Shown here one piece after another: positions 24,010 through 36,366 of a stretch of 64,000 nucleotides of DNA. Numbering within the stretch: position 1 is the stretch's first letter; every line of letters starts with the position of its first letter. The DNA is taken from NCBI GenBank assembly GCA_023213395.1, contig CM041465.1, positions 213,101,741 to 213,165,740 of the forward strand. Direction: 5' to 3'. The position numbers and the translations under genes were made by a program. The DNA is from Cycas panzhihuaensis. Taxonomy: Eukaryota > Plantae > Cycadophyta. A model generated the notes under the pieces. It did no database searches and was not told where the DNA came from. It saw nothing but the letters and a program-made list of their open reading frames with translations.

Positions 24010-27000
24010 GTTGAACAGTTTACAAGAAAACTTGCATACACAACTACTAAATGGCAAGATTACAAACACCCATTACAATTCTATACCATATGAATTTTTC
24101 TATGCTAACAATCTTAGTCAATGAGTCTGCAATATTCTTTTATATAGCAATCTTCTATAAATCCACCTTGTGATCTTAAACCATTTCCCTCACAAAATGG
24201 AACTGCACATCAATATGCTTTGGCTGAGCATGAAAAATAGGGTTCTATCCTCATAGCATCTTGCTTAAAGCCAATATTTGTGCATAATCTCTATAACCAA
24301 ATTGCTTCCTTACATGCATGAGTAACTATCATATATTCTATTTCTGTGCTAGAAAGTGCCACAACTTGTTATTTTTTACTCATCTAGGTGACTGCACTAC
24401 CATAAAAGGTAAAAACATAGCCGCTGGTAGATCTTCAGCTGTCAAGATCTCTAGCCCAGTCAGCATCAATAAAACCTCGCAAGTTCATTGTTATACTCTT
24501 CATGGGATCTCCTTGATAGCAAATTCCATAGTCTGATGTAACTCACAAATACCTAAAAATCCTTTTCACAACCACCCAATGCTCCCTACTTGGGTTTGAC
24601 ATATACCTGTTAACTACTCCCACTGGATGGATAATGTCTGGTTGAGTGCAAACCATCGCATATATCATGCTACCAATAACACTAGCATAAGGGACAAATT
24701 CCATGTCTTCAACTTCTTGGTGAATCTTTGGGCATTATTCAACTGATAATTTTAAACCAGTAGGAAAAGGAACATTAATTTGTTTACTACCTTGCAACCT
24801 AAACCATTGCAATATTATCTCAATGTATCATCTTTAGCTAAACCAAATCTTCCTATTTCTCCTATCCCTTTTAATCTCAATGCCCAAAATAAAATGTGCA
24901 GCACCAAGATCCTTCATCTCAAAGTGATATGCCAGTTGGTCTTTTACAATTTGGTTCATTTCTTTATTGTTACCAATTAAAAGTATGTCATCAATATATA
25001 AATCCAAAATAATAAAATGATCGCCAACCTGCTTATAATAAATACAATAATCTACTTTGCTACTTACAAAGCCATCCACTAATATATGTGAATCAAACTT
25101 TTGATACCACATCCTTAGTGATTGTTTCAAGCCGTATAATGATTTCTTCAACCTGCACACCATATTCTTCTTTCCTGTAACTCCAAATCCTTAAGGTTGC
25201 AACATATAAATTTCTTCCTTGAGGTTACCATGAAGAAATGCAGTCTTCACATCTATTTGATCCACCTCAAGGTCATAAGCAGCTGCTACAGCTAACATAA
25301 ATCTAATTGAAGTAACTTTTGTAATAGGAGAAAATACCTCACCAAAATCTATTCCCTTAACTTGGGAATAACCCTTTACTACCAAGCAAGCCTTGTACTT
25401 TTCCACAGTACCATATGCCTAAAACTTCTTCTTGAAGATCCATTTATTATCAATAGGGTTTTTGCTATTAGGCAGATCCACCAACTCCCATGTATTATTT
25501 TTGTCTAAGGCCATCATTTCTTCCTGCATGGTCTTTATCAAAGGTTGGCTTTCTTTTGACTCTAGAGCCTCCTGAACAATGCCTAGATCACCATCTGTAG
25601 TAGATAAAATATAAAAGAAGCGACAAAAGTCTTCAAGAATATACCTATTAGGTTGTCTTCTCTCACGAGTTGATCTCCTCAAGATGTGGGGTTCTTGAGA
25701 TTGACCTACCTCTATATCTAATTCTTCCTCTTCAGTTGACTCATATTCTGATGTAGAATCTTCATCCCTTACTTCAAATTGTACCTTCTTGGAGTGTTCC
25801 TCCTTTGGTTCTTCATCTGGATTTAGAGACTTGAACTCCTCTCTAAAGACAACATCATGACTATACACAACCTTTTGTGTTTCAAGGTTATAAAGCTTAT
25901 ACCCTTTAACACCATCACCATAGCCAATGAAAATAGTCTTTTATGCTTTAAAATCAAGCTTAGTCCTCTGTTGTTTAGGAACATGCACAAAAGCTTCACA
26001 ACCAAAAACTTTAAGATGAACAAGAGATGGTTTCTTACCACACCACACTTCTTCAAGTATTTTGTATACTAAGACAGTTGTCAGTGATCTGTTTATCAGG
26101 TAGCTTGCAGTCATCACAGCCTTTGCCTAGAATTTCTTCTCTAATCCAACAGCACTGAGCATGCTCCTCAATCTCTCTAGCAAGGTCCTATTCACCCTTT
26201 CATCAACTTCATTCTACTATGGTGTATAAGGAATTATCTTTTGCCTTACTATCCCACACTGCTTATAGAACTGCTCAAACTCCTTTGAGCAAAACTCATC
26301 TCTATTATCAATACTCAGTACCTTGATCCACCTATCACTCTGATTCTTGACCAAGGCCTTGAATTCTTTGAATTTACTAAAGACTTTAGATTTCTACTTA
26401 AGAAAGTACAACCATGTATTTTTTAAAAAATCACCTATAAATGAGATAAAGTATTTGGACCCACCCAATGAAGGTACATCAACAGGTCCAAAAACATTGA
26501 TGTGCACCAATTGTAGAATACCCTTTGCTCTCTTTGAGCTTGAAGGAAAACTAACTCAACTATACTTGCCATACACATAATGCTCACAGAAATCAAAATT
26601 AAAAATGCCATTAATTCCAGAGATGTCTTCCATACCTTTGGAGAATAAATCATGGAGGCCTTTCTCTCTAATATGGCCCAATCTCTGATGCCACAACATA
26701 GTTTTACTAGTAAGTGATATTTGAGTCCTGCCTTCATTATTGCTACGTTTTGTAAAAGTTAGACTGCAACTTCCAGTACACATTGTACTTGCATCAAGCT
26801 TATATAGTGTTATAAATTGGACCCCTCTTACTAATACTAATGCTCCTCGAACCATTCTATAACCATCTTTATTGAAGATCAGTTCTCTTCTTGCATCACC
26901 TAATTGACTGACAAATAATAGACTCATAGCCAAACTAGGAATATAACTCACATCAGGGATAATTTTAAATCTTCCATCTCCAAATAGAACCTTTACCCTT

Positions 27001-27983
27001 CTATGACCTATAATTTTATATGGGTAATGATCCCTAAGAAATACCTCGCCTCTATCAATCCTTGTGTATTCAAAATACTAGTCCCTATGGGGAGTAAGAT
27101 GAAGTGAAGCACTAGAGTCAATTAACCAAGACTCAATATTTGACAATTTACCTAAGGTTATCAAATAAACATTGCCATCAACTTCATCGGAAACTTTTGT
27201 TACTGTGGAAGAAGTAGCTTCATATGACTTTCCCTTACCAACCTTGACTCGACACTAGCTCTTCATATGACCAGCCTTCCCACATCTCTAGCATACCAAA
27301 GGTCCTCTACCTAGAGATTTGGATTTTCCTTTGGATTTTGTATATCTATTCCTAAGCCTTTATTGGTCGTGATCCAACATTTGACCTATCAATGATAATA
27401 CTTCTTTTAAATAATCTTTAGAAGATTTTTGCCTTATCTATTTTGACAATAGAGCAACAACAACATTATCAAATTTTAGGATAGCAGTAGTCGTGCTGCT
27501 AATCGTCATCACAAGATTATCCTAGGAATTAGGAAGCAAATATATCATGGTAATACACTTGTCTTCTTCAGACATTGTTACCCCAACTAAAACAAGCTGG
27601 CTCACTATGGTGTTAAATGCAGTGAGATGATCTGCAACTACATCTCCATCACTCATCCTAAGTGAATACAGCTTCTTCTAAAGAAATAGTTTGTTAACCT
27701 GAGACTTTGTCTAATACAAAGCCTTTAACTTTCTCCATAGATCTTTGGCCATAGACTCTGTGATAACATTCAACAACACCATGTCTGGAAGGCATAACCT
27801 TATCAAACTGATTTCCTTTCGATCAAGCTTCTTCTAGTCTTTATCACCTATAGTCATGGTCTTTGTTCCTATTATAGTGATCCACTAATCCTTCTTAATG
27901 AAGATATCTTCCATCTTTAGCTTCTACAGCTCAAAGTTCTGGCCATTAAAATTTTCAATCTCCATCTTTGTAGTGTTTGCCAT
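24010..27983 (-). pseudogene. Copia gag-pol polyprotein, many stops and frameshifts
   Basis: MANTTKMEIENFNGQNFEL*KLKMED; WLIDSSASLHLT; LWHQRLGHI; KACLVVKGYSQVKGIDF; LKKSLYGLKQ; LYIDDILL; KHIDVQFHFVRE. Confidence 0.93.
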
Positions 27984-28069
27984 GATCTTCACACTCAAGT
28001 TCATTGCACAAGGCTTCTACTTACCAAATGGCTTCCCACAAAACTAAAACCCTTAACTCTGATACTAAA

Positions 28070-28496
28070 TGAAGAGAAAATATAATCGAAGAAGTTATGT
28101 GATAATAGAACTCTAAACCATGCAAAGAAAAAATAACATAAATAAATCAAGCACTTGATAAAGAACACCAGGAAATTTAGGTCTAAGCATAGACCTTTTA
28201 TTAATCTGAGCAATAACTAAAGAATTACATAGATGAATAAACCCCAACTTTTCTCCTCAGCTCATCCACGACCATATCATCATCATATGTTATATGTTTC
28301 ATTACATAAGAATATATAGACACAACATTACAATATACTACCTCACAGTTTTACAATACAATGGGCATAAATTATTGGGCCAACAAAGACCCCTATAAGA
28401 CACCTAAAATTTTTTCTCAGGGGCTCCTGCCATTGAACCCTGAGGTGTAATGCCTATACCCATATAACACTTATAAAGTGTTCAACATATCTAACA
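28070..28496 (-). repeat. 5' LTR of the Tork-like Copia
   Basis: TG...CA termini, adjacent to the PBS. Confidence 0.9.
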
Positions 28497-30063
28497 ATTT
28501 ATTAGTAATTTTTCTATCATTTTTGTGTGAGAGCTAATTTTAGTGATCTAGCATTATATTTCCTAATATTATAGACTAATATGGTCATTTTCTAGTAATT
28601 TAAAGATATTATACAAGTGATATTTGCTTAATGAAATTAAAGTTACATAGAAAACATTATGTAATTATATAATGCATTTCTTTAAGGGGTATAATAGTAA
28701 AAATATAAGAATGATATGATATTATGTGACATGATTATAATGTTAAGATAATATTATGATTCTATTGTGATGAATTCATAAGTATGTATGTATGGTTGTA
28801 AGTATGAATAGTGGTCATTATGTTGAGAATATTCCTAGCAAGACTACATAAAAGGGACTTTTAACTACAAATATGTAGGGACTAGGAGTAAAGTCAATAT
28901 TAGTTATATTACCTAAGTCCATTTGTGGGAAGAAAGGGGATAGAGCTTTACCTTATAAACATATGCTCAAAGACCAAGGAACCTTGGACATTAATGTGAT
29001 GATAAGTTGTAACTAAGCCTTTAATAACCAAAGGAACTTCTAATGCTATCAAAATCACCTTTAAAGATGATTAAGCAACCCCTAGTAACCCTTGCCCAAG
29101 GTAATCCTAGAGTCAAGTAGGTAAAGGGCAATAAGATAGGTAAATGAGTGAAAGATAAAAAGGAGTAAGAGGGTAAATTTAATAAGGAAAGGCAAGACCA
29201 AGGGGAGGTTCATCAAGGAGTTTGAGCAAAGTAGAGCACAGATGCCCATAGAGAAAAATAAGGATTATAAGGGACCAATGGTATTAACCCCAACACTAAT
29301 AAATCTTGACCTATTTAGCCCTATAATTATACTCTTAGCCTTGATATTATAAGAAAGGGACCAACTAAAGTAGGAAGAAAATGAAGAAAATTTAGAAAAA
29401 TAAGTGGTGACTTCTATAAGATAGAAAACATTAATAGAGGAAAATACATCAAAATAAAAAATGCTAGAGGAGGAAATTCCAAAGGAAGAGGGAGTATTAG
29501 AAAATAAAGATAAATTTTTGAAAGAGGAAGGAGAATCCCTAAGTAATATAGAAGGATCAAATGATGATAATAGTTCAAAGAGCATAAGTTACAATAAAGT
29601 AAAGGCAGAGAAATGTCCCTTCGTATATTAAGAAAATCAGTTCACAAAGAAGTTATTTAAGGACACACTAAATTAGAAATTAAAACATTTTTTTTAATTG
29701 CAATACCATTAGCAATACAACTATCATGATGTGAAGAACTAATTAAGTTGATGTCACCCTTTTAAAATCCATTATTTGGGAGAGAAAGTATTGGGAAATA
29801 AAGGTCACTTAGAATACTTAAGAATACTGCAATAATAGAGGAATTCATACCACCCAGGGTATAAGTTACTCATCTTATATTTCTGTAAGGGGGAAGTATA
29901 CCACTAATTATTTCCATGATAGTAGACTTAAAGGAGTTTAGGAGACTAATCCTTTGTGATATAGCAAATTCAAGTAAATATGTATACTTATTTCAAAATT
30001 TAGTGGATATATAAAAAGTAATAAATAAAGTTAAGATTAAAGATTTATCTACTCATTATGAGG

Positions 30064-30178
30064 TGTTAGATACAGTATAATATTTAATTCATAAACATAA
30101 AACCCCCTTTCATATATAAACTCTCTCATGTCTAAGTGTGAAGATGTGTGCACTTATGAAGAGTTGAGTAATATATAT

Positions 30179-30216
<38 letters not shown>

Positions 30217-30461
30217 TAGATATATATATATATATATAAGTCATTGTAAGGGTTCTCAAAGGTAATTGGGTAGTCGTGAGGTGATTGTATCTATAAGTAT
30301 ATTGCTCTTATAATACAATTACTTAGAGATGATCATTTTCCACTAGACTATTATCTTATGTATTTGTTACATACTTTATCTTATATTCATTTATTGTCAT
30401 TTAATTAATCATCTCATGACAAAATTTATATTGTATATTTATGTCCAATATTATTAAAACA
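30064..30461 (+). repeat. 5' LTR of element C with (TA)/(GATA)n expansion at ~30170-30238
   Basis: TGTTAG...AAACA; homologous to 53492-53898 and 52900-53137. Confidence 0.85.
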
Positions 30462-31461
30462 TATAGTATCATAGTTGATGGTGTGACCTTATGAAGCATG
30501 TTCAAGCCTTAAAATAGGTGATTGATCATGCTAATATTTGAAGAGATTGTCAAAAGATCTTTGAGATAAAATTTTAAAAGATTGATGAAACCTTGTTATA
30601 CCTAACATAACCAAGATATTGATGTGAGATTCAAGAATTATTCATGAATATTCAAGAATCAAATCAATGGTGAGAATTTTATGTTTCCATGGATATCATT
30701 TTTCATATATAACACCTATGTTATTAAGACATGTAGGTTATCGAAGGGTCCACTGATTGATGAAGAAGTTTCAAGTTTAAAAGATGTTATTATTATTGAA
30801 GTTCATTTATGTAGGTTATTATACCCTATAGATATGAATAAGAACTATTATAAGAGACACATAAGGATATAAACTATATGTCCATTTTGATTCAAACTTG
30901 TGGGAATTGTTTCAAGCATCCCAATGGTGATCCACTACCATGATGGATTATTTTCCTTGATTTTTTATTATTTTCATTCACCATTAGATCATGTAGTAGA
31001 ATATTAATAAAATAAAGATGTGTTGGTGATTTTTTGTGGTTGAAGATGAATCCTTAATTAAGAAATATATGTCATATTCTTTATGAGCATGATCTATAGG
31101 TAGATTTATGACAACTTTGTAGCAATTATTCTCTTTGGGAGGCTTAATTTTGTCAAATAGTAGATTTCACATTGTTTGTAGCTATTAGTCATCATTGGGT
31201 AGTTTTTAGAAGTAAATTATAATATTATTTGGTATGATTAGTAGTCTTCTATATTAGTTTTAGGTTTTAAGTATGTGTTGGATGTATTTATGGTATGTTG
31301 GGCAAGTTGTCAATATTTTGTGCACCTCTTAATAGTATTTAGAAATCTTTTCCTAAGTTAGCTTGCATATCTAATGATATTTAGGATCAAAAGTGGTATA
31401 CAAATATTCATGCAAATCCATTAAAGGAAAAATTAGAAGGAAAAAAAAAAGTCAAACCTAA

Positions 31462-34363
31462 TGTTGAATCTCGAGGCAAGTCACCAAAGAGACCCTAGAT
31501 GAATGATCTTTATGGAAAGGAAGGTGAAGTTGAAATGATCAAGTGGATCCTTGACCTTTCCCCTAAGGAGAAAAGATGACTCTCTAATCATATTTCAAAC
31601 AAGTAAAAGGACCAAATTATTGCCTGTTTACTCAACTATTTATACAAGAAAACTAAATTAAAGAAATAAATACAATAATATAAACCAAGCAAATAACATA
31701 ATTAGGACCCTCCTTTAACTTAAAGAAAGCAACAAATAAACTTCCAATAGTTAGAAGGATCATTAGGGTCCTTACTAGAATGAAAATATCTTAGGATTCT
31801 TACTTATCTATCCAAATGCCCTCTTAAGTATGATGCCCTATCATAGACCCCTATACCACTCTCAAAGGAAAAGTCTATGCTTATCTAGTTGAAAATGGGA
31901 GGTTAAGGATATAAGAGAGATCAAAACTTATATTAATGACATTATTAGAGGTTAGTTATTGATGAATCACTCACGTCATAATAATACACTCATGAGGATG
32001 GATGGCTTAGGGATTCTTATGTCTAATTCTAATGAGTTCTTACACTTAAAAGTGAATAGAGGAGAGAAGAGAGAGTTTCTCTCAACCTAAAGTGTGATAG
32101 TAAGATGAAACCTTTAAGGTTCAGAACATGGTAGTAATGTCAATACCAAGGAAGAGGATGTTTGTATGTCAAGGTTATCAAGTCCTAATCAATCAAAAAT
32201 CCTCTTGCAATGGGAGGTATTTATCCTTTGAAAATGACAAGCTTATATAATAAGAATGCAAAGTCCTAAGTGATCAAGTCCTAATTGAAGGAATGAGACC
32301 TAACCTAAGGAGGCCACATATTAAAGATAAAGTCCTAAATGCAAAAGTCTAGGATGTAATTTTTATTTATATACAATTAATAAGCAAAAATTAATTAAAT
32401 AAAAAACTTTAAAAATTAACTTATACTAATGTGACTTTACTCATTGCATTGATGCATACATGCCTTTTTTCTTTTTTCCTCCTTGTTCTTTTATATTTTA
32501 TATAAATGATATGCACCTATTGCTCAACATGTATCTAAAGAGAAGTAGATGAGTTCTTTCAAATGCACTTACATTTATCTTAGCTACTTGAAATAAAGCT
32601 TCTTTAACAAGTCATCAAGAAAATCAACAAAGCTATCAAGGAAACTCTTATTCATTTATTTCCTTTCTCTTTATTTTTTTTATTATTATTAAAGAAAAAG
32701 GAACATAAGGGATTTAAAAAAATAAAATGGTAAAGAATGTCCTACCTCTTATTCTTTATATGCAAGGGCATAATGGGAGGAGGTTTGCTCTTATCTCAAT
32801 TCATTGATATATGTGGGGCGATATTGATTTTTACTTTGGATAGATATAAGAAGACATAAAGTATTGTTAACATAAATAACTTAAACAAAATGGAAAGCAT
32901 GCATCTACTATTTTTACTATGCCCTTTCTTCTTCTTCTTTACTTAATAAAAAATAACTAAGGATGAAGGAATAAAGAAGCTTAAAACACTATGAGGAAGA
33001 GTCCAATACCTCCTTTGATCTCTCTCTATAAGGAAGACTCATGTCCTTCTTAGGGGCTCTTAAGCACTAGGGCTGATTTTAGTGAGCTCTCCTAAATTGT
33101 GAGAGAAGGTCTTTAACCTTAAGAGTATTCTCCTTTTATCTTTTACAAAGAAAGGAAAAGGAAACTAAGCTAAAGCTTAAGAAATCATAAAAATATTAAG
33201 AGGAAAGTAAATAGATTTACCTTAACACCTCTAGATATTAACTATGGAACCCATCATACTCTTTGTAATAAGAGAAAACAAATATCTATTTATAAAAAGA
33301 AAGAGAACCAAAACCTACTTGTACTAAATCTAACTACTTACCCTTTTAGAGACTACAAAAGTTATATGAGAAGTTGAAGAGTGCCTTAGATCAATTCATG
33401 GCCTCCTAGAAAACCTCTAATGTAAGCCCTAAAAAGAAATAAAGTTAAATAGAAATCTTTTAAGGTGAAAGTACTTGAGGGAGTGGAGAGGGGAGAAGAG
33501 GAGAAGAAGGTGGTTGAGAAGAGAATGAGCTAAAGTTAAGGAAGTGTTTCCTTAAGCTCTAAAAATCTTGTCAACATGCTAACTCTCCAAGCTCTAAAAT
33601 CATACTAAACTTGGTTGATGAAATCCACAATATTTAGGTGAAAATCTAGTAGCACTCCATTGCATATAGTTCTCTCCTATTTTCTTAAGAAAATGAAAGT
33701 GATTTATAGAGAACATAATGAGAGATATAAGTAAAAAATCTAGGGAAAAATAAGGTCATCATTTCATGAAAATCAATGTCCATACAACAAAAAAAAATGG
33801 CCTGCTTTTTTTTTTCTTACACAAAAATCTAAAAAATGTGACCTACATTAAAGAACACAAGCCATAATAAAAAATATGATATAAAAAAGTACTAAAAATG
33901 TGACAAAAAATGTGACCTATAATGAAAAATGTGACCACCTAAAAATGATTAAAAAATAAGAATTCTACCTAAAAAATAGAAAAAAGTAAGATAATGGTTG
34001 GTGAAAAGGTAAATCATGAGGCTAATAAAAGAGTAATTGGAGTAAAGTTGGGTAGTTCAAGATCAACAACAACCATCTAGTGAAGAATTACGAAGTAGAA
34101 GATATGACAAAAAACGTAAAAAATAAGGGTAAGGTTGGGCTTTGAAGGAAGTTGGAGTATATTATTTTAGTAACAACTATATGATCTTTACATCATATGT
34201 ACTAATAAAAATCAAGCATAAACACAATCAAATTATAAGCATCTAATCATCAGACTAAGTAATCCAGTAAACCACACCACAATCATGCAATTATGTCCCA
34301 AGAATGAAGAATATGAAGTAAGAGACCTAATCGAAGTCAAAATAGACTTTGTTGATTAAAACA
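31462..34363 (-). repeat. 3' LTR of the Tat element (~2.9 kb)
   Basis: Colinear with 48542-51406 throughout. Confidence 0.9.
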
Positions 34364-35325
34364 TTTGCCTCTTTAGCAATGAATGATTTGCAAATGAGTT
34401 GAAGTAGGATGGTAAACATTGTTAGCTCTATTAAAACTAAGTTATTCAATAACTTGGGCTACCTAATCTAATCATTGAGTTACTTAAGAGGATGGAGATA
34501 TAATTAATAGAAGAAGGGTAAACAGGATGATAAGATGGGGTTGATTATGAGGACTTTATTAGATTCTACATATCTCTCTTAAATAAGCTTCTTAAAGTAT
34601 CTATCCTTGTTTTTTAGATTTTAGTTATTTCTTATATTTTTTCTAGTATTTGTGTTCTTTTTGGGGGGCTATAAATGTAAACTATCTATATATAGAAATG
34701 CACACGCCAAAGTTTATCCTCATTTTATGGTTACTTTTGGAGGTGTGGTCACCATAGTTTAACCACTTTAGTGACCATTCCATATCTTTTAAGTGGATGA
34801 GAGTATGGGTTTTAGAGGGCAAGGTGTAGTACAGACCACCAGGCACAAGAAAATTATGAAAGTTGTATTATTTAAAGAAAAGGGACTCTTTTGACTATAA
34901 ACATGAATATGTTTCAAGAAAGTCCCTTTTCTAGGGGTTGAAAAGGATCTACTCTAATGTGAGAAAAATCTCCAAAGATGAAGAAGTTCTCAAAGGCTTA
35001 GGTGAAAGCATTTCTATGCTTGATATGCATGAACAAGCTATAGGAAACTTATATGGAAATGATTGAGTGATGTATTGGGCACTTATGTCAATGGAATAAG
35101 AAAGGCTTATATTCTAATTAGTTTGGAAATTAGGTTCATTTAGTTAGTTAGGTGGTAGGAGATAAGGTGTTATCGGAGTGATCTTTTGAGTAAAATAGGA
35201 AATCTAATCGTCAGATCACCATCTAGTAAGAGTTAGGAGAGTAGGGATGATGATATAGCTTACTAGGTTCATTATACAGTAAGTTTTAATGGTTGAATTT
35301 TTTTTTATTTTAAGGAAGTGTCCCC

Positions 35326-35526
35326 AAAAGCACAAGCTCTTATTTTAAAAATATGAGCCCAAGTTAAAAAGCATGATCTTACATTCAAAAATGTGATTTG
35401 ATATTTTAAAAAAATGTAACAAAGGAATTTATCACATTTTTAATATTAATTAGATTATATTTTTAAATGAAAGATCATATTTTTCAACCATAGTTTATGT
35501 TTTTGAATAGGAGATCATGTTTTTCA
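35326..35526. repeat. ~200-bp imperfect foldback built of ~20-bp subrepeats
   Basis: 35326-35423 is ~70% identical to the reverse complement of 35428-35526; subunit approximately aaaaacatgatcttacattc. Confidence 0.65.
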
Positions 35527-36366
35527 CTACAAAAACATGATAAATAGAATTGGATTAAAGTTACAAAATTTGAAGATAAATTTTATCTATCTCAAAACTA
35601 TCTTTTTGAATGTTTCTTCCATTATTTTGTAGTAATTAAAGCATATCAACATTCATGAAAATGAGGGTCCTAATTTAGATGCCATGCTTAAGAGGTTGAC
35701 TTTGGTAAAGTGTTGAGTTCTATATCATTATGGTTTGGCTTGTGTGAATTGATCCATCTAGCTATTGATGGAGATAGACACTCTTGGGGACCTTGTCAAT
35801 TATTCAGTGCTAAGAGAGAATTTGTTTTAGTTTAAGGGTTGGATGATTTATGGATTTGTGTTCATGAGGTGGGTAGGATACTAGGTGTGTTATGGAGGAG
35901 ATAAGTTGTTGTTCCACTTAGAGTGATAGAGGATGATAAGTAAGCAAATGTGAGTTAGTATAAAATAGGGAAATAGGACACTTAAGATATCATAGAGTTA
36001 GTGTGATAGCTTTTAGATGTCCTCAAGACATCTTGACCATATAGAAGGTGATATCGTTGATTATTTTATTCTATACTACTAGGACACAAAACTCCCTAGG
36101 GACACTAAGATAATAAGTGTGAGCAGTATAACAATACAAGCTTAGGATGAGATACAACTAGCTTGGCTATGTTTTTAATAGAATACACCACTAATTATCT
36201 TAAATTTGTTGTAATAGTAAGGATAAACTTTCATATACCTTAATCTTATTATGTTAGCTATATAACCATATTACTCTGACACACCTAGTTAGGGTACGGA
36301 GCGACTTGATAATGATGGTCTAGTTATAATCTAGTGGTATATAAGGGCTCAAGTTTGAGGAGAAGC

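Larger units (their letters stand above)
23517..28496 (-). mobile_element. Copia LTR retrotransposon, Tork/Tnt1-like, near full length, decayed
   Basis: LTRs 28070-28496 and 23517-23998, PBS remnant (rc ctctgatacta, 28057-28067), PPT aagtgggagat (rc 23999-24009), domain order gag-PR-INT-RT-RH. Confidence 0.95.

Noticed and set aside
23444-28213. Duplicated hydrophobic ORFs 23444-23641 and 28001-28213
   Set aside because: Both are translations of the same LTR U5 region, not a gene pair.
30890-30960. TCGNC..HYHDGLFS resembling a PPR DYW end as cargo in element C
   Set aside because: Motif pieces are in different frames with wrong spacing.
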